From Nitrospirae bacterium MYbin3 (GTDB lineage Bacteria; Nitrospirota; Thermodesulfovibrionia; Thermodesulfovibrionales; Dissulfurispiraceae): a stretch of 20,000 nucleotides of DNA. The notes under the pieces were generated by a model that was not told the origin of the DNA, searched no databases, and saw nothing but the letters and a program-made list of their open reading frames with translations. The position numbers were made by a program, and so were the translations under genes. How positions within the stretch are numbered: position 1 is the stretch's first letter; every line of letters begins with the position of its first letter. Location of the stretch: positions 119,245 to 139,244 of the forward strand of contig PEAD01000001.1 in assembly GCA_002753335.1 (NCBI GenBank), written 5' to 3'. Below, piece by piece: positions 7,478 to 15,540 of the stretch.

Positions 7478-10400
7478 TTGAAAAATCTTGTCCCTCGTTT
7501 CATTCTGCAGCGTTATGCCCAAAAAGAGTATCAGGGCAGTTTTTCTGCAGTAGGACTGTTTGTAGATCTGACCGGATTTACAAAAACCACCGAGACCCTT
7601 ATGCAGCATGGCAAGGACGGCGCCGAGGCCCTTGCCGGAATTATGCATAATGTATTTGCTCCGCTGATTCAGACAATATACGAGCATGGCGGCATGATCA
7701 GCGGGTTTGCTGGCGATGCTTTCACCGCGCTCTTCCGCGAAGATGCTTATGGGCAGAGTGGTGGCGCGCGTCTGAACGCACTTGCCGCTGCTTGGAAAAT
7801 ACGTCAAATAATGTCCAGCGATTTTAAACAAGCGGCATTGGGTAATTCGTTTTCTTTTGCGGTCAGGCTCGGTATGGCAGAAGGCCCTGTGGAATGGGGA
7901 ATCTTGTTGTCCGAATATGAGAATGTGCACCATGCGTATTATTTCAGCGGCGACGCTGTTATAGGCGCTGCCATCGCCGAAAAATATGCAGGGCAAGGTG
8001 ACATCATAATATCACCCGAACTTGCAGCGGCCTATGGGAGCATTATCGGAATCGAACCGCAGGAAGAATTCCGGCGTGTGGCTTCTGTTCTTAGGGATCT
8101 TCCCGTCTCTTCAGCGGTTAATCTGCCACAAATAGATGACGAGCATAGAAAACCCTTTCAGGCCCGTGAGCTGCTAAACATCGAGAATATTGGAGAGTTC
8201 CGCTATGTTTTTACGGTATTTCTGTCCATCGAATCAGGGCTTGCGCATAAGGAGCTCGAAGAGGTGCTAAGGTTTTTCTTTGGGCTTCAAAGCCGATACG
8301 GAGGCCATTTGAATGGCATTGACTTTGGGGACAAGGGATGCAATCTGCTTTTTTTCTGGGGAGCCCCGACCGCATACGAAAACGATGCTGCGCATGTTAT
8401 GAATTTTTTGCTGCACCTTAAAAGGGAGGCTTTCTTCCTTTATCGTTGTGGAGTCACGTATCAATTTATGTATGCAGGGCAGGTGGGCGCTGACCTGCGG
8501 CATGAATACGGCTGCTATGGAAGGGGCATTAATCTTGCGGCGCGGCAGATGGTGGAGGCGCCGTGGGGAGAGATTTGGACGGATGAAAAGACATACGAAA
8601 AAGCAGGAAATCATTTTCGTTTGGACCTTATAGATAATTTTTGCTTCAAAGGGTTTGACGAAAAAATGAACGTATATTCTTTTGTCGGAGAAAAAGAGAA
8701 CGATAACCTCCCCTTGTACTGCGGAGAGATGTTTGGCCGCAGTGCCGATCTGGAAGAGCTGGAAAAAGCGCTCAGGCCTGTAAGACAGGGCAAATTTGCC
8801 GGCGCTATCTGTGTGTTTGGAGAGGCCGGAATGGGGAAAAGCCGACTGACCGAAACCTTGCGGGATATGCTTCAAACGATATACGGCAGCACATTTAATT
8901 GGATCGTTTGCCGCTCGGATGAGATAGCTCAAGGCCCGTTCAGCCCAATAAAATATTTTTTAAGGCGTTATTTCGATCAGTCCGAAGCTGCAAGCGATGC
9001 TGACAGAAAAGCAGCTTTTAATGCCCGGCTGGATACCCTTATAGACAAGATAGATAATGATGGGTTGAAGTTTGAGATTGATAGAACCCGCTCCATTCTG
9101 GGCGCGCTGGTTGAACTTTACTGGGATGACTCATTATACGAGAGGCTCGAGCCAAAGCTAAAATTTGAGAATACGCTTTCATCCTTAAAAAGTCTTTTTC
9201 TCGCCCAAAGCATGATAATGCCATTGATAATCGAGATGGAAGACGCACACTGGCTGGACAGCGATTCTATTCAATGCCTCAGATTTTTAACGCGCAATAT
9301 TATTGATTACCCCATTGCGGTGCTGATCGTTTCCCGCAATACCGAAGATGCATCAATGTTCGATCCAGAAATTCCGGTGCGTATGTTTCATCTCCAAAGG
9401 TTTGATTTGGCATGCACTAAGGCTTTTGCAGAGGATTTCTTGGGTTCAAAGGCTAATGAATCCCTTGTGGACATGCTCACACAAAAGACCGGCGGCAATC
9501 CTCTTTTTATTGAGCAGATGACCCGCTACCTGATAGAAAAAGACATGCTAGTAAACACAGGCGAAGGCCTTGCACCAAAAGAAGACAACATGTCCATCCC
9601 TGACGATGTGCGAGCCATGATAATTGCCCGTCTCGACCACTTGCCGCAACAGGGCAAACAACTTGTGCAGACCGCATCGGTTCTTGGGCGCGAATTTGAC
9701 AGGCAGATTCTGCTCTCGATGTGGAGAAGGCGCAATGCCGGCGCGGATTTCGAGATTGATATGGATAAGCTTGATCAGATATGGAAGCCTCTGGAAGGAA
9801 CGCGATATATTTTTCAGCATGACCTTGTTCGTGATTCCGCGTATCATATGCAGCTTTCAACCGAACTTAAAAAACTGCATGCAATTGCTGCTGAAGAGAT
9901 AGAGGCATTCTACAGTGATAATTTGCTGCCTCATTACGGAAACATCGCTTACCAATACGGCATGGCTGACATCAGGCATAAGGCGGTCGAATACTATGAA
10001 AAGGCCGGGGATTTGGCAAAAGCAAACTACCAGAATGAGCAGGCGATCACTTATTACGACAATATGCTCCACCGCTTAGATGGAGATGAAATGGGTAGGC
10101 GGTTTGATGTGCTCCTTAAAAAAGGCGGCATACTGGAACTTATCGGCCTTTGGCAGAATGCCGAAGATATCTATCGTGATGCGCTTGACCTTGCAGCAAC
10201 ACTCCGGGATGAGATAAGGATTGCCCAATCAACACGCAGACTGGCCTGGAGATATTACCAAAAAGGCGATCTCCTCAATGCGATGGATTATTTGAACAGG
10301 GCTCTGAAGTCATGCAGGTCGGTAAATGATGAAAAAGGCATCTCGATAATAATAGGAAGGATCGGCAGCATTCATATGAGAAATGGCGACTATGCAAAAG

Positions 10401-11380
10401 CCAAAGAATGCTTTAGGGAAGATCTCATGCTAAGCAGAAAACTTGCCCACGAAAAAGGCATTGCATTTGCTATGGGCAACATCGGCAACATTCATTTTCG
10501 GAAGGGCGATTTTGATCTTGCCATGGAATATTACACAGAGCGCCTCGAAATATTCAGAAAAATAAATGAATTGCCCTGCATCACCGTAGCGTATGGAGGA
10601 TTAGGCGATGTGTATTGGAGACAGGGCAATTACGACCAAGCAATGGCATATTACACAGAAAAGCTTAAGATATCTGAGGAACTGGGAGATCTCCAGACCA
10701 TCTCGAACACCTTGTCTCATATGGGTGCGATTTTCTCAGAAAAAGGTGATTATGAAAATGCACTTTCTCATTTGGTGAAGGCCAAAGATGCGGCCACCAA
10801 ACTAGGCGACAAGGAAGGAATTGCAAAAAGCGCAAGGTTAATCGGGGCCGCATATCGTAGGCGTGGGAATTACAGCAATGCGATTTCGTGGCTGAATAAG
10901 GCCGAAGAGTTTCAGAAAGAATTGAATGACATGGAGGAGATTTCTATTATTTATTATAACCTTGGCTGCGTTTATCAGATGTTGGAAGATTGCGACAAGG
11001 CTCTGGCATATATAAAGCGCGCTCTCAGTATCAGCGAGGAGATCAGCAATAAAACCGGAATATGCATCAACTTGGGCCGGCTGGGATCGCTGTATCATGC
11101 TGTCGGCAAAAAGAATGTTGCTATTGAGTGCTTTAACCGTTCTATACGGATGTGCAGAGAGCTTGGACTGAAGTTTTGGCTGTCAAGCTATCTTATTTTA
11201 ATGGCCGAGTTTATGTGTGAAGAAAAAAAATATACGGAGGCAAGGTCTCTGAACTCTGAAGGATTGAGGATTGCCGAGGCGTTGGGTAATCAGCGCAACA
11301 TACAGCAAAGCAGGAAGTTGGCAGTAAAGATAGATCTTGGATTTAAAAAACAGAAACTTAACCGAACATGCGTATGCTGA
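7478..11380 (+). CDS. Adenylate/guanylate cyclase (tandem class III domains) - STAND/AAA ATPase - TPR repeat protein (soluble adenylyl cyclase-like)
   Basis: C1 domain: LFVDLTGFT and FAGDA. C2 domain: FGDKGCNLLFFWGAP and GINLAARQM. Walker A GEAGMGKS, Walker B-like LIIEMEDAHWLD, GGNPLF, winged-helix YIFQHDLVRDSAY, then about ten 40-aa TPR repeats. The ORF track starts at GTG 7439, but TTG 7478 (MKNLVPRFI) has an SD-like AAGGTG 7 nt upstream and is preferred. Confidence 0.9.
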   Translation: MKNLVPRFILQRYAQKEYQGSFSAVGLFVDLTGFTKTTETLMQHGKDGAEALAGIMHNVFAPLIQTIYEHGGMISGFAGDAFTALFREDAYGQSGGARLNALAAAWKIRQIMSSDFKQAALGNSFSFAVRLGMAEGPVEWGILLSEYENVHHAYYFSGDAVIGAAIAEKYAGQGDIIISPELAAAYGSIIGIEPQEEFRRVASVLRDLPVSSAVNLPQIDDEHRKPFQARELLNIENIGEFRYVFTVFLSIESGLAHKELEEVLRFFFGLQSRYGGHLNGIDFGDKGCNLLFFWGAPTAYENDAAHVMNFLLHLKREAFFLYRCGVTYQFMYAGQVGADLRHEYGCYGRGINLAARQMVEAPWGEIWTDEKTYEKAGNHFRLDLIDNFCFKGFDEKMNVYSFVGEKENDNLPLYCGEMFGRSADLEELEKALRPVRQGKFAGAICVFGEAGMGKSRLTETLRDMLQTIYGSTFNWIVCRSDEIAQGPFSPIKYFLRRYFDQSEAASDADRKAAFNARLDTLIDKIDNDGLKFEIDRTRSILGALVELYWDDSLYERLEPKLKFENTLSSLKSLFLAQSMIMPLIIEMEDAHWLDSDSIQCLRFLTRNIIDYPIAVLIVSRNTEDASMFDPEIPVRMFHLQRFDLACTKAFAEDFLGSKANESLVDMLTQKTGGNPLFIEQMTRYLIEKDMLVNTGEGLAPKEDNMSIPDDVRAMIIARLDHLPQQGKQLVQTASVLGREFDRQILLSMWRRRNAGADFEIDMDKLDQIWKPLEGTRYIFQHDLVRDSAYHMQLSTELKKLHAIAAEEIEAFYSDNLLPHYGNIAYQYGMADIRHKAVEYYEKAGDLAKANYQNEQAITYYDNMLHRLDGDEMGRRFDVLLKKGGILELIGLWQNAEDIYRDALDLAATLRDEIRIAQSTRRLAWRYYQKGDLLNAMDYLNRALKSCRSVNDEKGISIIIGRIGSIHMRNGDYAKAKECFREDLMLSRKLAHEKGIAFAMGNIGNIHFRKGDFDLAMEYYTERLEIFRKINELPCITVAYGGLGDVYWRQGNYDQAMAYYTEKLKISEELGDLQTISNTLSHMGAIFSEKGDYENALSHLVKAKDAATKLGDKEGIAKSARLIGAAYRRRGNYSNAISWLNKAEEFQKELNDMEEISIIYYNLGCVYQMLEDCDKALAYIKRALSISEEISNKTGICINLGRLGSLYHAVGKKNVAIECFNRSIRMCRELGLKFWLSSYLILMAEFMCEEKKYTEARSLNSEGLRIAEALGNQRNIQQSRKLAVKIDLGFKKQKLNRTCVC

Positions 11381-11393
11381 GCTTCAAGAGAAT

Positions 11394-12506
11394 CTATAGT
11401 AGCAGACGCTTCACCGCTTCAAAAACCTCATCGACGGTTATTGCCTCCATGCAGCGCTGGTAAGAGCAGCGTTTGCTCACGCAAGGGTCGCAGGTTTTTT
11501 CCTTTTGGATGATTGCATGTTTTTCGATGTCGTAATAGGGGCCTGATTTTTTTGCATCCGCAACCGCAAATAAAGCAACAACAGGCGTTCCCACAGCAAC
11601 CGCTATATGCATGGTCCCTGTATCGCCGGTAATAAGCGCTTTGAACCTGCCCACCAATGCAGGAATATGTTTCAGGGGAACCTTTTTGGCAGAAACTATG
11701 GCACTGTCGCCTATCTGTTTTGCTATCAGGCTGCACTGCGCAGATTCATCAGGAGAACCGGTTATAATAATTTTCAGATTAGGTGTGTCTGCTGCAAGAC
11801 GTTTTCCGAGTTCGACAAACCTTTCGGGAAACCACCTTCTGCTCAATGTGGAAGCCCCTATCTGAAAACCTATCAGAATAGCGTTTTCAGACACACCGTT
11901 GTCGCTCAGAAATTTCTGTGCTGCTGCTTCACTATCTTTTGAAACAGGCAAAACCATACGCGTATCATTAACGTTGCAGGCTGCAAGTTCGGCAACCGCA
12001 AGGCGTTGATTAACTCCATGCTCAAAATCCTTCCATGAAAAACGTTTCTGATTATTCGAAAGCAGAAATCTGTATCTGCTTTCGTTAGGCAGCTTAAAAA
12101 CAAACCCGGCGCCTGACAAATACGCCATAGGCGTTGCCTGCGGCTCATTGCCGTGGAGGATCAGCACAAGATCAAATTTATATTTGCGTAGCTCTGTGAT
12201 TGTTTTAAAAAAATGCTTGTAGCCGCCGTAATAGGGCACAATCCCGTCAATGTGAGGATTGTCCTTAAAAAGCTCCATGTTCTGGCTGTTGAACTGTGCT
12301 ATTATGCGCGCATCAGGATATCTTTCCCGAACCGCTCTTATGGCCGGGGTTGAAAGGAGAGTGTCCCCTATTGCGGTGGAAGAAACAACAAGGATGTTTT
12401 TTATTGCGGAGGGATCAAAATATTGCGGTTCGCTTTTCCTTGAATCCAAAGATTTCGCGAGACGCAGAAGAACAAACAGCAGTTCATCGATCGGACTTAT
12501 TCTCAT
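11394..12506 (-). CDS. Glycosyltransferase family 9 (ADP-heptose:LPS heptosyltransferase-like)
   Basis: ILVVSSTAIGDTLLSTPAIRAVRERYPDA, GASTLSRRWFPERF, ITGDTGTMHIAVAVGTPVVALF, and C-terminal CDPC...CMEAITVDEV. ATGA overlap with the upstream gene. Confidence 0.94.
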   Translation of the reverse strand: MRISPIDELLFVLLRLAKSLDSRKSEPQYFDPSAIKNILVVSSTAIGDTLLSTPAIRAVRERYPDARIIAQFNSQNMELFKDNPHIDGIVPYYGGYKHFFKTITELRKYKFDLVLILHGNEPQATPMAYLSGAGFVFKLPNESRYRFLLSNNQKRFSWKDFEHGVNQRLAVAELAACNVNDTRMVLPVSKDSEAAAQKFLSDNGVSENAILIGFQIGASTLSRRWFPERFVELGKRLAADTPNLKIIITGSPDESAQCSLIAKQIGDSAIVSAKKVPLKHIPALVGRFKALITGDTGTMHIAVAVGTPVVALFAVADAKKSGPYYDIEKHAIIQKEKTCDPCVSKRCSYQRCMEAITVDEVFEAVKRLLL

Positions 12507-13288
12507 TCAGATTTTATCCTCAAATAAAAATCGGACAGCATAGAGCTTGTGTAGACAAGCATTCTTTTTCTGAACCAAGAAATACTGTCTTTAACAACTA
12601 TGCGCTTTATTTCGTAAGGATTGTCGCCGGCTTTGACAACGCCGTGCTTGGTTGTGAACAATGCTTTATACCCCGCCTGTTTTGCCGTTTCCATAGCCTT
12701 GTCAGTGTATTTGCCGTAGGGCCAGCAGAGATGCGGGCAGAGAATTCCGAGCCTCTCCTCAATCTTATGCTTAGAACCGGTGAGTTCATTTAAAAGCCGG
12801 TCTTCGTCAAGCTCATTGCACCTTGCATGACTTTTTGTATGCGAATAAAATTCTACCAGTCCGCTTTTTTTCATTTCATTCACGAGCGTCCAGTTGAGCA
12901 CAACCCTGCGGTCCTCTCTTCCCTGAATCAAGCTTTTTGATTCAGCGTGATTCGGAATTGTAAGCGGCATTTCACAGCAGGATGAAGATGCGCTGTCAAC
13001 CCTGTCGGTCACAAGAAAGATAGCGGCTTTAATTCCGTATTTTATCAGCGAAGGGAACGCGTAAACATAGTTGTCGAGCCAACCGTCATCAAATGTAACC
13101 ACCACAGCCTTTTCTCTTAAAACAATATCCCCTCGAATAACATCCATGAGTTCATCCAAGGTGAGCGTTCTGATACCCTTTTTATAAAGGTGCTCCATCT
13201 GTCCGGCAAACACCTCAGGAGTAACAGTTACAATATCCCCTTTATGCGGGTTTATGTGGTGGTACATCAGGACAGGCACAGGTCTCAA
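12503..13288 (-). CDS. Polysaccharide deacetylase (CE4/NodB family, Shf/IcaB-like)
   Basis: VPVLMYHH, VTFDDGWLDN (motif 1), SHTKSH (metal-binding motif 2), HLCWPYG (motif 3), IKRIVV. No signal peptide. The TTG start overlaps the upstream TGA. Confidence 0.93.
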   Translation of the reverse strand: MRPVPVLMYHHINPHKGDIVTVTPEVFAGQMEHLYKKGIRTLTLDELMDVIRGDIVLREKAVVVTFDDGWLDNYVYAFPSLIKYGIKAAIFLVTDRVDSASSSCCEMPLTIPNHAESKSLIQGREDRRVVLNWTLVNEMKKSGLVEFYSHTKSHARCNELDEDRLLNELTGSKHKIEERLGILCPHLCWPYGKYTDKAMETAKQAGYKALFTTKHGVVKAGDNPYEIKRIVVKDSISWFRKRMLVYTSSMLSDFYLRIKSE

Positions 13289-14379
13289 GAAGCGCTTCTC
13301 CCTAAAAGTGAACTATAAAGCCGGTACATCCGCTCGTACATTTTTTCGGCGCTGAACTCCTGCTCCGCTATTTTTCTGCCTTCCAACCCCATTTTCAGAG
13401 CCTTCTGCTTGTCTTCAAGAATTTTAATAATAGCATTAGCAAGCGCTTCAGAATCTTCGGACGGCACAAGATATCCGTTGACACCTTCCCTTATCACCTC
13501 GCCTACCCCGCCTATGTTTGAACCTATCACCGGCTTCTCCATAGCCATCGCCTCTATGAACGAAGTGCCGAGCGCTTCCTGCAATGTGGGGAGAACAAAA
13601 ACATCTAAAGCTTTGAGCACATTCGGGATGTCTTTTCTCATTCCAAGCATTATTACCTTTTCTTGCAATCCCAGTTCTTTTATCTTTTCCTCTAAATTTT
13701 GTTTTTGAGGACCGTCGCCCGCAAACACAAACCGCGCTTCAGGAAATTTTTCGATCACCCTCTGCAGAGCATCCAGCAGGATGTGATGCCCTTTTCTGCG
13801 TCTTAAGATTGCGACCGTACCGACAAGTGGTGCCGTTGCATCAAGACCAAGTTCCTGCCTTAAAGTTTCTTGAACTTCAGAGGGATTGAATACCGAAAGG
13901 TCTATGCCGGTCGGCACAGAAACAATATTTTCGAAACAAACCCCGCAGCTTATCAGATATCTCCTTACATGCTCGCTTACCGTCACAACCTTGTGCGGCA
14001 GGAAGCTGTAGGTGAATCTTGATGTGATCGGCATCTCAAGATGGCGGGTTCTGACTATCTTAAGGCTGCGTGACGACAATCTGCCGGCAATGCCTGCAAC
14101 AAGACTGTCCCTGCCGCTGTGTGTGTTTACTATGTCAACGCCCTCTTTTTTTATCACACGAAGAATTTTGAAAATTGCAGAGAGGTCGTAGCTCTTTTCC
14201 ATAACACATTCCCTGATTTCAAAACCTGCTGCTGCTGCTTTTTTTGCGAGTTCGCTGTCAGGCTGGCAGAGAAAAATTATTTTAACTCCGTATCCGCGCA
14301 GGCCGACAGCTTCCCTGAGAGTCCTGTTTTCCTGCCCTCCCCAGCCTTTTGACGATTCAGTATGAAGCAGCGTGAACAT
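13285..14379 (-). CDS. Glycosyltransferase family 4 (WabB/RfbU-like, probable GlcNAc transferase)
   Basis: LHTESSKGWGGQENR, VNTHSGRDS, VRTRH, PTGIDL, LRRRKGH, and the GT4 signature DVFVLPTLQEALGTSFIEAMAM. Confidence 0.93.
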   Translation of the reverse strand: MFTLLHTESSKGWGGQENRTLREAVGLRGYGVKIIFLCQPDSELAKKAAAAGFEIRECVMEKSYDLSAIFKILRVIKKEGVDIVNTHSGRDSLVAGIAGRLSSRSLKIVRTRHLEMPITSRFTYSFLPHKVVTVSEHVRRYLISCGVCFENIVSVPTGIDLSVFNPSEVQETLRQELGLDATAPLVGTVAILRRRKGHHILLDALQRVIEKFPEARFVFAGDGPQKQNLEEKIKELGLQEKVIMLGMRKDIPNVLKALDVFVLPTLQEALGTSFIEAMAMEKPVIGSNIGGVGEVIREGVNGYLVPSEDSEALANAIIKILEDKQKALKMGLEGRKIAEQEFSAEKMYERMYRLYSSLLGRSAS

Positions 14380-15516
14380 TTATTTTCTTGCCTCAAAAAG
14401 TTTTTTATCGAGAACATTTATCACTGTGTCCGGGGTAATCGCGTAAAGGCAGTCGCTTATTTTGCTGCTTTTACAGCCGTCCTTGCCGCAGGGAATGCAG
14501 TCCCAATCGAGCTGCAACACTTCATGCCTGCCCGTTTTTTGTGTCCCGTTTTTTTGATTATAAATAAAATCTGAAGCGAGCCAGCCATTGTCCCACGGCC
14601 CCCAGTGAAAAGCGCCGCTCGGACCGAAAAGCGCCACCACCGGCGTTCCTACGGCAGCGGCAATATGCATCGGCGCAGAATCAACGCCAAAAAACAGATC
14701 TGCCATTTTAGATATTGCGCCAAGCTGTTTTATCGAGGTCTTGCCGCAAAGGTCTATAAGGTTTTTGTGAACGCCTGCCAGCGAAAGAATATTTCTGGCC
14801 TTTTCCAGCTCTTTCTTTTCGGGCGATGAGGTAAAAACCACCGTACAATCTTTCGACAACAACCATCTTACAACCTGCGCCATGTATTCATCCTTCCAGC
14901 ATTTGAACAGCCATCGGGATGTGGGATGGATATGAATTTCTTTTGTATGGCTCTCTGCACCGGCCTCTTCGAAAACCCTTTTGGCAAAGGCCATGTCAGC
15001 ATCGGAAACATAAAAATCAACAGAAAGGTTCCCTGTAATTATGCCCCACCGCTTAACCACATCAAGGTTCTGCAATACTGTATGCCGTTTGTGTTCAGGC
15101 TCCGAGAGATGCGTATAGAACCGCTGCTTTCCGGCAAAACCTTTTTTATCTTTCCATCCGAGCCTGAACCTTGCACCCGAAACCAGAGAAATGACCGCTG
15201 CCCTGTCCCCTCCTGTCAAATCAACCGTCATATCAAAGCCCACATCCCTTAGTTTCTTCAAAAACAACGCTTCTTGCAGATAGCGTTTCACCTTGGGCAG
15301 CTTTTTAATGTTCCGGTCGAGCACAATGATCTCATCAAGCAACGGATTGCCCCTAAGCACATCCTCTGTGCCGGAATTTACAAGTGCAGAAATCTGTGCT
15401 TCCGGAAAGCTCTCTTTGAGCGGCCGAAACACCGGCGCAGCCAAAAGCACATCTCCTATATTTCTGAGCTTTATGACCAGAATCTTTTTAATATCGTGGA
15501 AGCCGCAGTTTTTCAC
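14380..15516 (-). CDS. rfaQ: Putative LPS heptosyltransferase III (RfaQ/WaaQ, GT9)
   Basis: KILVIKLRNIGDVLL, DLTGGDRAA, HIHPTSRWLFKCW (RfaQ-type motif), FFGVDSAPMHIAAAVGTPVVALFGPS, WGPW. GTG start. Confidence 0.85.
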   Translation of the reverse strand: MKNCGFHDIKKILVIKLRNIGDVLLAAPVFRPLKESFPEAQISALVNSGTEDVLRGNPLLDEIIVLDRNIKKLPKVKRYLQEALFLKKLRDVGFDMTVDLTGGDRAAVISLVSGARFRLGWKDKKGFAGKQRFYTHLSEPEHKRHTVLQNLDVVKRWGIITGNLSVDFYVSDADMAFAKRVFEEAGAESHTKEIHIHPTSRWLFKCWKDEYMAQVVRWLLSKDCTVVFTSSPEKKELEKARNILSLAGVHKNLIDLCGKTSIKQLGAISKMADLFFGVDSAPMHIAAAVGTPVVALFGPSGAFHWGPWDNGWLASDFIYNQKNGTQKTGRHEVLQLDWDCIPCGKDGCKSSKISDCLYAITPDTVINVLDKKLFEARK

Positions 15517-15540
15517 AGGTTTATTTTATAAGGTATACGT

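Noticed and set aside
7399..7650. 83-aa + strand ORF overlapping the cyclase start
   Set aside because: Out-of-frame overlap with a well-supported gene, weak RBS and no domain features. A regulatory uORF role cannot be supported from sequence alone.
8267..8932. 221-aa antisense ORF in the cyclase, representative of the many antisense or alternate-frame ORFs in the track (e.g. 7475-7996, 12296-12793, 15293-15727)
   Set aside because: They lie entirely over confidently identified genes and have no motifs, so they are shadow ORFs.
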